Shown here: piece by piece, positions 9,159 through 17,598 of the stretch
Layout: every line of letters starts with the position of its first letter
How positions within the stretch are numbered: position 1 is the first letter of the stretch
Assembly: GCA_034190465.1 (NCBI GenBank)
Contig: JAXINV010000008.1
Coordinates: 1-29,250 of the forward strand
From: Candidatus Asbonarchaeum danakilense
GTDB lineage: Archaea; Nanohalarchaeota; Nanosalinia; Nanosalinales; Nanoanaerosalinaceae
Direction: 5' to 3'
Length of the DNA: 29,250 nucleotides
Translations under genes and position numbers: made by a program
Notes under the pieces: model-generated
Database searches by the model: none
What the model was told of the DNA's origin: nothing
What the model saw: the letters and a program-made list of their open reading frames with translations, nothing else

Positions 9159-10571
9159 ATGAGCGACGGGGTGACGATCGGACTGGAGACGCACGTCCAG
9201 CTTGACACTGACACCAAGCTGTTCTGCGGCTGTTCCGCCGACCTGTCCGACGAGCCGAACACGCACACCTGTGAGACCTGCCTCGGCATGCCCGGCTCCA
9301 AGCCGCGGACCAACGCCCGGGTCGTCGAGTACGCGGTCAAGGCAGCGATGGCGTTCGGCTGCTCGATCAACGACCGGGTCCGGTTCTCCAGGAAGACATA
9401 CTTCTACCCCGACATGGCGAAGAACTTCCAGATCACCCAGTACGAGATCCCGATCGGCGGGAAAGGCAGCGTCAGGACCCGGCTCCAGGGCGAGGAGAAG
9501 GAGATCGGTATCAAGCGCGTCCACATCGAGGAGGACCCTGCACGACTGGTCCACAAGGGCGGGGACATCGCCTCCTCGGACTACACCCTGGTCGACTACA
9601 ACCGGGCCGGCATCCCGCTGATCGAGGTCGTCACCGAGCCCGACTTCGACTCGCCGGGCGAGGCACGCGCCTTCCTCCAGAAACTCACCCAGATCCTGGA
9701 GTACCTCGACGTCTACGACCCCTCGTCCGACCTCTCCATCAAGTCCGACGCCAACATCTCCATCGACGGCGGGGACCGGGTCGAGGTCAAGAACATCACC
9801 GGGACCAAGGGCATCGAGAACGCGCTCAACTACGAGATCACCCGGCAGCGGAACCTGCAGAAGCGCGGCCGGGACATCGAGCGCGAGACCCGGTCGTACA
9901 GCTCCGCCCAGGAGATCACCACCTCGCTGCGGCAGAAGGAGATGGAGGCAGAGTACGGCTACATCTTCGAGCCCGACCTGACACAGCTCGGCGTCGACCA
10001 GGCCACGCGGGACGAGATCAGGGCCGGCATCCCGGAGCTGCCCGACCAGAAGTTCGACCGGTTCCAGAAGGAGTACGGCCTCGAGGCAGAGCTGGTCGAC
10101 TCCCTGATCACCGACCCGGAGCTGGCCGACGCGTTCGAGGAGCTTGCGGACGACCACGACACCGATCTGGTCGCGTCCTGGCTGACCGGCGAGCTGAAGA
10201 AGACCCTGAACTACAACGAGGTCAGTTTCTCCGAGGCCGGGCTGGAGACCGGCTGGCTGGACGACGTCATCCGGCTGCTGGAGGACGGCAGGATCAGCGA
10301 CCGGAACGCGGAGATGCTGCTCCGGGAGCTGGTCGACGACCCGCGGGACCCGCAGTCCATCGTCGAGGAGCAGGACCTGCTGAAGGCGGACGAGGGCGAG
10401 GTCAAGGGCATCGTCCAGCAGGTCGTCGACGACAACCCCGAGGCAGTCGACGACTACCAGAACGGCGAGGACGACGCACTCAACTTCCTCGTCGGCCAGG
10501 TCATGCAACAGAGCCAGGGCAAGGCGGATCCCAAACAGGCACGCGAGATGCTGCTCGAGGCGATCGAGTGA
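9159..10571 (+). CDS. gatB: Asp/Glu-tRNA amidotransferase subunit B
   Basis: IGLETHVQL, KLFCGC, FSRKTYFYPD, HIEED, VDYNRAGIPLIEVVTEPD, RVEVKN and C-terminal FLVGQVM...GKADP. Confidence 0.97.
   Translation: MSDGVTIGLETHVQLDTDTKLFCGCSADLSDEPNTHTCETCLGMPGSKPRTNARVVEYAVKAAMAFGCSINDRVRFSRKTYFYPDMAKNFQITQYEIPIGGKGSVRTRLQGEEKEIGIKRVHIEEDPARLVHKGGDIASSDYTLVDYNRAGIPLIEVVTEPDFDSPGEARAFLQKLTQILEYLDVYDPSSDLSIKSDANISIDGGDRVEVKNITGTKGIENALNYEITRQRNLQKRGRDIERETRSYSSAQEITTSLRQKEMEAEYGYIFEPDLTQLGVDQATRDEIRAGIPELPDQKFDRFQKEYGLEAELVDSLITDPELADAFEELADDHDTDLVASWLTGELKKTLNYNEVSFSEAGLETGWLDDVIRLLEDGRISDRNAEMLLRELVDDPRDPQSIVEEQDLLKADEGEVKGIVQQVVDDNPEAVDDYQNGEDDALNFLVGQVMQQSQGKADPKQAREMLLEAIE
10487..10519 (+). repeat. 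33-bp exact repeat, copy 1 (gatB tail)
   Basis: CCTCGTCGGCCAGGTCATGCAACAGAGCCAGGG, identical at 11401-11433, inside a longer similar block. Confidence 0.9.
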
Positions 10572-11482
10572 TGTACGCCGACGACTGGCTGGACGACCAC
10601 GGTATCGACTATACACTTGTCGAACAGGACCGGCCGACACGGCAGTGCAAGGACTCCGCGGAGGAGCGCGACGTGTCGGAGACCAAGATCGTGAAGAGCA
10701 TCATCGTCAAGCGTGACGACGACTACCTGCACTGCCTCCTCCCCGGCAACCAGAACCTCGACACGGGGCAGATCGCGGAGGCCGTCGAGATGGCGGACGA
10801 GGACGAGGTCGCTGACGTGACCGGGTTCGAGCCCGGCACCGTGCACCCGTTCGCCTCCGACTGCAAGCTGCTGGTGGACGACGACCTGCTGCAGCGTGAC
10901 CGGCTGTCGTTCACCACCGGCGACCCGACACGCGGCATCGTTATCGACACCGCGGCATTCCTGGAGGCACTGGAGCAGCGCCAGTTCGAGATCCTGGACA
11001 TCACGCACGAGCAGACCTCCCCTGGCGAGCGACTGGCCGACAGACACGGCATCCAGCCCGGTGAGGCGAAGGACATCCTCCAGGCCGACGACAGGGAGCT
11101 GTTCGAGGCGGTCGCCGACGATATCGGCGCTGAGGAGGCCGCGCAGTACGTCCGGTTCATGGAGCGGGCGGCCGACGGCAGCGACCTGGACGCCGACCTG
11201 ACAGCGGACGAGATCGTGGAGGCGTACGAACAGGGCGACTCCCGGGAGCGCCGCGAGGCATTGATCGTCACGCTGCTGGAGGGCGGGTCGATCGAGGAGG
11301 ACGACGGCTTCGACCTGGAAGCGGCCGTCGAGGCGGTCATCGACGACAACCCGGACGCGGTCGACGACTATCAGGACGGTGAGGACGGTGCACTGGACTA
11401 CCTCGTCGGCCAGGTCATGCAACAGAGCCAGGGACGCGCCGACCCGCAGGAGACACGTGAACTGCTTCTCGACCGGCTGTGA
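10571..11482 (+). CDS. YbaK/ProX-family aminoacyl-tRNA editing domain fused to a GatB/YqeY C-terminal domain
   Basis: N-terminal IVKSII and VTGFEPGTVHPF (YbaK Lys and GxxxGxxxP motifs). C-terminal ~50 aa are a near copy of the GatB tail. TGATG stop/start overlap with gatB. Confidence 0.85.
   Translation: MYADDWLDDHGIDYTLVEQDRPTRQCKDSAEERDVSETKIVKSIIVKRDDDYLHCLLPGNQNLDTGQIAEAVEMADEDEVADVTGFEPGTVHPFASDCKLLVDDDLLQRDRLSFTTGDPTRGIVIDTAAFLEALEQRQFEILDITHEQTSPGERLADRHGIQPGEAKDILQADDRELFEAVADDIGAEEAAQYVRFMERAADGSDLDADLTADEIVEAYEQGDSRERREALIVTLLEGGSIEEDDGFDLEAAVEAVIDDNPDAVDDYQDGEDGALDYLVGQVMQQSQGRADPQETRELLLDRL
11401..11433 (+). repeat. 33-bp exact repeat, copy 2 (YbaK-fusion tail)
   Basis: Identical to 10487-10519. 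Confidence 0.9.
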
Positions 11483-12496
11483 CTACCGGACGACCTCTTT
11501 GAGATGGTCCCTGATGGCGCCGAGTTCATCCCTGATCAGCAGGCCTCCCACGATCGTCGGCAGCCAGAAGGAGAACACGCGGTAGATCAGCGCGACCGCG
11601 ATCGCCGTCTCGATCGGGATCCCGACACCGCGGAACGACGCCACCATCGTCGTCTCGAACGCCCCGACCCCGCCGGGAAGCATACTGGCCGCACCGATCC
11701 AGCTCGCGGAGATGAACCCGACGATCACCGTGCCAAGCGCGGCTGCCTGTCCCAGCGCTATGAACACCATGTAGACCGCCAGCGACAGGAAGAAGTAGCC
11801 GACGACGTTCATCGCTGCCGGGAACACCAGCTTCCGCTTGTTGCGCCGGGCGTACACGACCTGTTCCGCGATCGCATCCGCCGCCCTGCGGAGATGCGGG
11901 TGCGCCGGCCCGGTGAACCGTGCGACAACCGCCTCCAGCCGATCGAGGAGCTGACGGAGTCGCCGTCGCTCCAGGGCGATGTAGCCCGTGTAGCTGATGC
12001 CGACCACCACGGTCAATGTCAGGATGCCCTGCACCGCCATGCCGAGCAGATCGACCTCGTTCATCGCGACGTACAGGACGAAACCGCACAGCAGCAGGAA
12101 CAGGAACGAGACAGCGTTCGCGATGTTCTTCAGCACGATGACACGCCGGGAGATCTGCTTCTCGACACCGTTGCTTCGGAAGAAACGGTCGTAGACCGCG
12201 AACCCACCGAGCCCCAGGCTCGGGACCGTGTTGACCATGAACGCCGCCTTCAGGTCGGTGGCGACCAGCCGGCGCAGGCCAAATGTGGTTCCGAAACCTG
12301 CAGCCAGTGACCGGTAGACGAGCGCGTTCACGACCGTGGCAGCTCCGACGCAGCCCAGAGCAAGGAGGATGTACAGCAGATCGGCATGCGAGAGGAGGCT
12401 GATAACCGTCACTGTCGGAACGAAGTAGTCAACAGCCGCCGCAACGATGGCGATCGTCACCGTCAACAGGAAAAGGTGTTTAAGCCGTTGGAGCAT
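11483..12496 (-). CDS. Lysylphosphatidylglycerol-synthase-TM / UPF0104 flippase-like membrane protein
   Basis: Multi-TM protein with LPGGVGAFE and ALIYRVFSFWLP motifs typical of the family. Confidence 0.88.
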   Translation of the reverse strand: MLQRLKHLFLLTVTIAIVAAAVDYFVPTVTVISLLSHADLLYILLALGCVGAATVVNALVYRSLAAGFGTTFGLRRLVATDLKAAFMVNTVPSLGLGGFAVYDRFFRSNGVEKQISRRVIVLKNIANAVSFLFLLLCGFVLYVAMNEVDLLGMAVQGILTLTVVVGISYTGYIALERRRLRQLLDRLEAVVARFTGPAHPHLRRAADAIAEQVVYARRNKRKLVFPAAMNVVGYFFLSLAVYMVFIALGQAAALGTVIVGFISASWIGAASMLPGGVGAFETTMVASFRGVGIPIETAIAVALIYRVFSFWLPTIVGGLLIRDELGAIRDHLKEVVR

Positions 12497-12499
12497 TTT

Positions 12500-13162
12500 T
12501 CATATCAAATCCAGAAGATCGTGAAGGCTTGCTATCTTGTGTGTCGGTTCATGGTAGAGCTCGTAACCATCACGGTGCGGCCGCCGGATGAACGCGACAT
12601 CGATGCCCGCGTTCTGCGCCGCCTCGACGTCGACACCGCTGTCACCGACGTACAGCGGGTCAGAAACGCCGAGATCCTCCATCGCCTGCTGGATATAATG
12701 AGCATCCGGCTTCAACCGCTGGAGCGAGCGCCAGTCCGGTTCCCTGCCGTAGACCGTCTCGAACAGATAGTCTACCCTGAACCGCTGCAGGATGAACGAG
12801 ACAAAGTCGCGCTGGTTGTTGCTGACAACCGCCAGTGGCAGATTCTCGTACAGCAGCTCCACAGCGTTGAAGTCCGTGTACAGCTGGCGTTTCCCCTCTT
12901 CAATCATCTCCTGCTGGTACTCCAGCGATCGGCGCTCACGGCGGCGCCAGAACTCCGCGAAGTCAATCCCATACTTCTCACAGACTTCGCGCTGGTCCTC
13001 CGGATTGCCGATACGGGTCAACGTCTCAACATCGTCCTCGTCAGGATCCAGAACGCCGAAGCCGGCCAGGAGCTGCTTGATCTCCTCGTCGAACCTGTCC
13101 GGTCCGTTGTAGATGTCGAGCAGGACCCCGTCGTTGTCGAAGATGACCGAGTCATACGCCAT
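12500..13162 (-). CDS. HAD-superfamily hydrolase
   Basis: FDNDGVL (motif I), VVSNN, KPD and YVGDSGVD. Confidence 0.93.
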   Translation of the reverse strand: MAYDSVIFDNDGVLLDIYNGPDRFDEEIKQLLAGFGVLDPDEDDVETLTRIGNPEDQREVCEKYGIDFAEFWRRRERRSLEYQQEMIEEGKRQLYTDFNAVELLYENLPLAVVSNNQRDFVSFILQRFRVDYLFETVYGREPDWRSLQRLKPDAHYIQQAMEDLGVSDPLYVGDSGVDVEAAQNAGIDVAFIRRPHRDGYELYHEPTHKIASLHDLLDLI

Positions 13163-13206
13163 GGTACCGACTCATTCGGCCCGGTATTTAAAAACATCGC
13201 GCCGGG

Positions 13207-13680
13207 TCACCGCTCGTACGTCACGATGTCGAACCGGTCGCGGGAGTCCCGCTCCACCTCCTGCCAGTCCCCGTCCAGCTCCGGGAAGAACGTGTCGCCC
13301 TCGAACGGCTCGTGCAGCTCGGACAGCACCACTCTGTCCGCGCGGTCCAGCGTCTGCCGGTAGACGGAGGCCCCGCCGATGACGTAGACCGTGTCCCCAT
13401 GCTTCCCCGCCTCCCGGAACGCCTCGTCGATCCCGTGGACGTTGACAACCTCGGCCGGAAGCTCCAGGTCCTCGTGGCTGAGCACGATGTTGGTCCTGCC
13501 GGGCAGCGGCCCGCCCACGCTGGCCGCCACGTCCTCCCACGTCGTCCGGCCCATCACGACCGGATGACCGTGCGTGGTCGCGCGGAAGTGCTCCATGTCC
13601 TCCGGCAGCTCCCAGGGCAGCGAGCCGTCCCTGCCGATGACGCTGTTGGCCGCGACCGCGGCGATGATGACGACCTCCAT
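13207..13680 (-). CDS. folA: Dihydrofolate reductase
   Basis: IAAVAANSVIGRDGSLPWELPED, VMGRTTW, PLPGRTNIVLS, VIGGASVY and EGDTFFP. Confidence 0.96.
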   Translation of the reverse strand: MEVVIIAAVAANSVIGRDGSLPWELPEDMEHFRATTHGHPVVMGRTTWEDVAASVGGPLPGRTNIVLSHEDLELPAEVVNVHGIDEAFREAGKHGDTVYVIGGASVYRQTLDRADRVVLSELHEPFEGDTFFPELDGDWQEVERDSRDRFDIVTYER

Positions 13681-14687
13681 CACTCAGCCACCGCGAACCT
13701 GATACCGTCGTGGGCCTGGTAGTTTTCCAGCTCGATGTCGTCGAACGCCAGGTCGTCCAGGTCCTTGTCAGCCACCCGGATCGACGGACGGTCCAGCGGC
13801 TCCCGGGACAACTGCTCCAGCAGCCCCGGCACGTGGTCATGGTCTTCCTCCCCGTCCGGCTCCGGCGGGGCAGCATCGTCCAGCCAGTCACGGAACCCGC
13901 GGTAGTCGTCGCGGGACTCGACCCCGCGGAGCCGGTCCTGAAGCTCGTCCAGCCGCGACCTGTAAAAGTCGGCGCGGTCGCCCTTGCCGCAGTATACGTG
14001 GGCGTCGACGATCGTGTGGGCGAACGTCCCCGGTTCCAGGTCGGCCTGCTGCGCGACGATGTGGGTGATGAGCGCGTAGGCCGCGATGTTGAACGGCACA
14101 CCCAGCGCCAGGTCGCCGGACCGCTGCGTCAGCTGGGTGTTCAGCCGTCCGTCCTGGACGTTGAACGTGAACGTGTAGTGGCACGGCGGCAGCTTCGAGA
14201 CCGCAGCGTTCGCCGGGTGCCAGGCATTGACGACGAGCCTCCGGGAATGCGGTCGTTCACGGAGCGTGTCGATGACGTACTGCAGCTGGTCGAACGTCCG
14301 GCCGTGCTCATCCTCCCGGGTCCAGCGGTGGCCGTCGTCCGGCCAGGCCTCACCGTCCAGTCCCTCGTCCGGCACCGGGTAGCGGCGCCAGAACCGGCCG
14401 TACGCCGTCTCCAGCCGGCCGTCCTCGTCGGCCCACGCGTCCCAGATGCTGGTCTCCTCCCGCAGGTTGCGGATGTGCTCCTCACCGGAGAAGTACCAGA
14501 GCAGCTCGTGGATCAGCGACCGCCACCGGTAGCCGTCCATGTCCTTCGTCGTCAGCAAGGGGAAGCCCTGCTGCAGGTCGACCCGATAGTGGTGGCTGAA
14601 CGACGAGATCGTCGCGACATCAGTCCGGTTCCGCTTAAAGCCGCCCCGCTGCAGGACGTCCGCCACCAGGTCATGGTACTGCTGCAC
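13680..14687 (-). CDS. thyA: Thymidylate synthase
   Basis: GFPLLTTK, ELLWY, LPPCH (catalytic Cys), QRSGDLALGVPFNIAAY and DAHVY. GTG start follows a GGAGGT SD. Confidence 0.96.
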   Translation of the reverse strand: MQQYHDLVADVLQRGGFKRNRTDVATISSFSHHYRVDLQQGFPLLTTKDMDGYRWRSLIHELLWYFSGEEHIRNLREETSIWDAWADEDGRLETAYGRFWRRYPVPDEGLDGEAWPDDGHRWTREDEHGRTFDQLQYVIDTLRERPHSRRLVVNAWHPANAAVSKLPPCHYTFTFNVQDGRLNTQLTQRSGDLALGVPFNIAAYALITHIVAQQADLEPGTFAHTIVDAHVYCGKGDRADFYRSRLDELQDRLRGVESRDDYRGFRDWLDDAAPPEPDGEEDHDHVPGLLEQLSREPLDRPSIRVADKDLDDLAFDDIELENYQAHDGIRFAVAE

Positions 14688-14689
14688 GG

Positions 14690-15937
14690 TCAGTACCTCC
14701 TGTCCGCGCCGTCGTAGACCGGGAAGTTTGCGCACAGCTCGTCGACCTCCTCACGCACATCCTGGGCCTCGCCGTCCAGCGCCCGGTCGATCAGGTCGGC
14801 GATCCGGCGGAACTCGTCCTCCTCCATGCCGCGCGTCGTCAGGGCGGGCGCGCCGATCCTGATGCCGGAGGTGACGCGCGGCGACCGGTCGTCGTACGGT
14901 ATCATGTTCTTGTTGACGACGATGCCCGCCTCCTCCAGCCGCTGCTCGGCTTCCTTCCCTGTCATGCCGCGGCTGGTCATGTCGGCGAGGACGAGGTGGT
15001 TGTCCGTGCCGCCGCTGACGAGACGGATCCCGTGCTGCTGCAGCCGATCCGCGAGCGCCGCCGCGTTTGTCCTGATCTGGCGCTGGTATGCGTCGAACCC
15101 GTCGTCCAGCGCCGCGCCGAAGCTGGCCGCCTTGGCCGCGACCTGGTGCATCAGCGGGCCGCCCTGCGTGTGCGGGAACACGGCGCTGTCCACGTCGTCG
15201 GCCAAGCCTTCCCGACACATGATCATGCCGCCGCGGGCACCGCGCAGGGTCTTGTGCGTGGTCGTGGTGACGATGTCGCACTGGGGAAACGGGGAGGCGT
15301 GCTCACCCGCCGCCACCAGGCCGGCGACGTGGGCGATGTCCGCCATCAGGTACGCGTCGGTCTCATCGGCAGCCTCCCGGAACGCGTCGAACGGTACCTC
15401 GCGCGGATAGGCGGAGAACCCGCAGACGATCAGGTCCGGGTCGGCCTCCCGTGCCGCGTCGAGGATGTCATCCGCCTCGAACCGCTCCGTCTCCTCGTTG
15501 ATTGCGTAGGTCCGGAAGTCGAACAGGTTGCCGGAGAAGTTGACCCCGTGTCCGTGGCTGAGATGGCCGCCGTGGCTCAGGACCGGGCCGAGGACCGTGG
15601 CACCCTGCCCCAGCAGGGCGAAGTACGCGGCGAAGTTGGCCTGGGAGCCGGAGTGCGGCTGGACGTTGACATGGTCGGCGCCGAACAGCTCCGCGGCCCG
15701 CTCACGTGCCAGGTCCTCGACCCGGTCGTGGTGCTGGCAGCCGGCGTAGTATCGCTCACCGGGGTAGCCCTCGGCGTACTTGTTGGTGAGGACGCTCCCC
15801 TGCGCCTCGAGCACGGCCTGGCCGACGAAGTTCTCCGAGGCGATCATCTCCAGGCCGCCCCGTTCCTGGCGCCGCCGCTCGTCCCGGAGCATGCTGTGGA
15901 GTTCGGGGTCCTGCTGTTCAAGTGGTGCATGTTGCAT
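14690..15937 (-). CDS. glyA: Serine hydroxymethyltransferase
   Basis: MIASENF, NKYAEGYPG, GGHLSHG, TTTTHKTLRG (PLP Lys) and GGTDNHL. ATG at 15937 follows a GAGGTGA SD. Confidence 0.97.
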   Translation of the reverse strand: MQHAPLEQQDPELHSMLRDERRRQERGGLEMIASENFVGQAVLEAQGSVLTNKYAEGYPGERYYAGCQHHDRVEDLARERAAELFGADHVNVQPHSGSQANFAAYFALLGQGATVLGPVLSHGGHLSHGHGVNFSGNLFDFRTYAINEETERFEADDILDAAREADPDLIVCGFSAYPREVPFDAFREAADETDAYLMADIAHVAGLVAAGEHASPFPQCDIVTTTTHKTLRGARGGMIMCREGLADDVDSAVFPHTQGGPLMHQVAAKAASFGAALDDGFDAYQRQIRTNAAALADRLQQHGIRLVSGGTDNHLVLADMTSRGMTGKEAEQRLEEAGIVVNKNMIPYDDRSPRVTSGIRIGAPALTTRGMEEDEFRRIADLIDRALDGEAQDVREEVDELCANFPVYDGADRRY

Positions 15938-16264
15938 CGGGGTCACCTCGCCTCCATCGCGTTGCCGTCGCCCTCTCGTTCACCGGGGTCGCGTGGCGGG
16001 AAGCGGGGAGCAGTGCCCTGGCCGAGAACAGGGTGTCGTGGCGTGTTTGCGTGGCGGTCGGTCGTCCATTTATTGTACGGTCGTTGCCTCAGTTCGGACC
16101 ACCCAGCGGTCTGTACTTCATTAGTGTCTTACCGCTGAAGGATGTTTCACGACAGAAGTTGTCGACCCTGTCTGCAACCGGTCGGAGCGGTGCCACAACA
16201 CATAAATACCTCGTCGCCGATGCACCGGGATAGAAGGACGAGCCGATTCCAACACATACAAAAT

Positions 16265-16452
16265 GCCCGGGTGGCGGAGTCTGGCCCATCGCGGCGGATT
16301 CGAGCCTTGTTCGTCCTCGAACGCTGACGACCGGTCCACCGGTCGGATGATCTCACGAGGAACCCGTCACGTCCCGATATCCATGTCGAGGGGCGGCAAG
16401 CCAACTATCCGTTGGGCGTGAGCCCTCGCAGGTTCAAATCCTGCCCCGGGCG
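16265..16452 (+). tRNA. tRNA-Ser(CGA) with a 102-nt intron at 37/38
   Basis: Acceptor GCCCGGG/CCCGGGC, discriminator G, anticodon stem GCGGA/TCCGT with CGA at 16301-16303, long variable arm GGGC-GTGA-GCCC, T arm GCAGG-TTCAAAT-CCTGC. Confidence 0.93.
16305..16406 (+). other. tRNA intron with bulge-helix-bulge splice motif
   Basis: CTTGT(16306-16310) pairs with GCAAG(16396-16400). Central helix TTCG/CCAA has one mismatch; 3-nt bulges are AG^C and CT^A. Confidence 0.88.
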
Positions 16453-16455
16453 CTC
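16433..16455 (+). repeat. att direct repeat, left (tRNA 3' end)
   Basis: TTCAAATCCTGCCCCGGGCGCTC, identical at 22972-22994. Confidence 0.92.
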
Positions 16456-16471
16456 TCTCCGTTCCTTCGGC

Positions 16472-16978
16472 TCATGTGGCCGCCACCTGCTCCGCGTTCA
16501 TGACCAGCGCGTACGCCAGGAGGGGGGCCGCACCTGTCAGCAGCTCGATCTCATGGGTCGCGATGAAGCCCTGGACATAGCCGCTGACCGCGAACGCAGC
16601 CGGGAACACACCCACGAACAGCGACGCCAGGGCAGGGAGCAACGGGGAGCAGCACAGCAACGGCGGCAGCACACTGCCCAGCACACCGCCCGACGTCGAC
16701 GCCCTGCACACCTCTTTATCGTGGCGGACCGCATACACCAGGAACGGGACGATGAACGCCATCAGGACCGCAAACAGCACAGCGAACCCCGCCAGCACCG
16801 GTGTCAGGAACCGGAGCGCCACCGGCCCGACACGTCCCCCGGTGAACGTCGCCGGGAGCGTGAACACGTAGAGCAGCAGGAACCCGAGGAACGTCACACC
16901 GCCGAGCACACCGTACCTCGGCTCAGCGAACACCGTGCGCGACGCCGTCCAGACCGTCTCCAGCCGGCGCCGGATCAT
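16472..16978 (-). CDS. Membrane protein with a vicinal Cys-Cys motif (possible metal transporter or thiol-redox partner)
   Basis: About 4 hydrophobic segments with LPPLLCCSPLLP; overlaps the upstream redoxin stop. Confidence 0.75.
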   Translation of the reverse strand: MIRRRLETVWTASRTVFAEPRYGVLGGVTFLGFLLLYVFTLPATFTGGRVGPVALRFLTPVLAGFAVLFAVLMAFIVPFLVYAVRHDKEVCRASTSGGVLGSVLPPLLCCSPLLPALASLFVGVFPAAFAVSGYVQGFIATHEIELLTGAAPLLAYALVMNAEQVAAT

Positions 16979-17598
16979 CCCTCCGTCCCCGACGCGAACC
17001 GCATGATCTTCTCCAGCGTCACGGCCGGCGCGCCACCTTTCCCGGTTATTTCGCCGTTTGGCTCGATGATGTAGTAGACATCAGGCCTGTTCTGCGGGTT
17101 CCAGATACGGGTGGATCCATGGGAGAGCGTGCCCCACACCCAGTTCGAGGCATTACGGAGCTCCGGTGCGTACTGGTCGACGAACGACGGCACAGACGGC
17201 CCGGCATAGCCAGCGTTCCCCGCCGACTTGACCGCGATAACCGTCACGTTCCGCAGCCTGTCATTGTTCCGCTGCAGCGCCGCCGCGCCCTGCTGGCAGC
17301 TCGGGCACCACGTCGTGAAGACCCACAGCACCACCTTCCCGCTGTAATCCGACAGCTGCTTCGTCTCGCCCTGCACCGTCGTGAACGTGGCCTCCGGCGC
17401 CTGCGACCCGACCACCGCGGTCGGTGTTCCTTCCGTTCCCGGAGCGGACGGACCCTGGAACACCCCGACGACAAGCCACAGTCCAAGCAGAAGCAGCACA
17501 GCGATGGCAGCGTCCGTCCAGCCCAGATCCTCGACAGGAGAGTGGTCCTCCCGCAGCGCCTGCAAGCGATCACGCAGCCCGGTCTCGTCCTCACTCAT
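16975..17598 (-). CDS. Membrane-anchored TlpA/redoxin-family thioredoxin-fold protein
   Basis: TM anchor, then VGSQAPEATF...LSDYSGKVVLWVFTTWCPSC...P-x-YYIIEPNGEI. Confidence 0.88.
   Translation of the reverse strand: MSEDETGLRDRLQALREDHSPVEDLGWTDAAIAVLLLLGLWLVVGVFQGPSAPGTEGTPTAVVGSQAPEATFTTVQGETKQLSDYSGKVVLWVFTTWCPSCQQGAAALQRNNDRLRNVTVIAVKSAGNAGYAGPSVPSFVDQYAPELRNASNWVWGTLSHGSTRIWNPQNRPDVYYIIEPNGEITGKGGAPAVTLEKIMRFASGTEG

Noticed and set aside
2856..9370. N-terminally extended ORF-track versions of aIF5A, FtsZ, GatC, SDR and GatB
   Set aside because: The extensions overlap other genes or promoters and precede the family-typical starts.
15984..16018. ZMP/ZTP riboswitch resemblance (GGGGTCGCGTGGCG...GGGGAGC) upstream of glyA
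   Set aside because: It lies on the strand opposite to glyA, and lacks the GACUGGCG core and the downstream CGCCUGGG pseudoknot partner.
210..16138. Long antisense ORFs (e.g. 210-1136, 1227-2315, 3966-4859, 9132-10640, 12386-13363, 13710-14717, 14996-16138)
   Set aside because: Shadow frames of well-supported genes, expected with GC-rich codon bias; no motifs.
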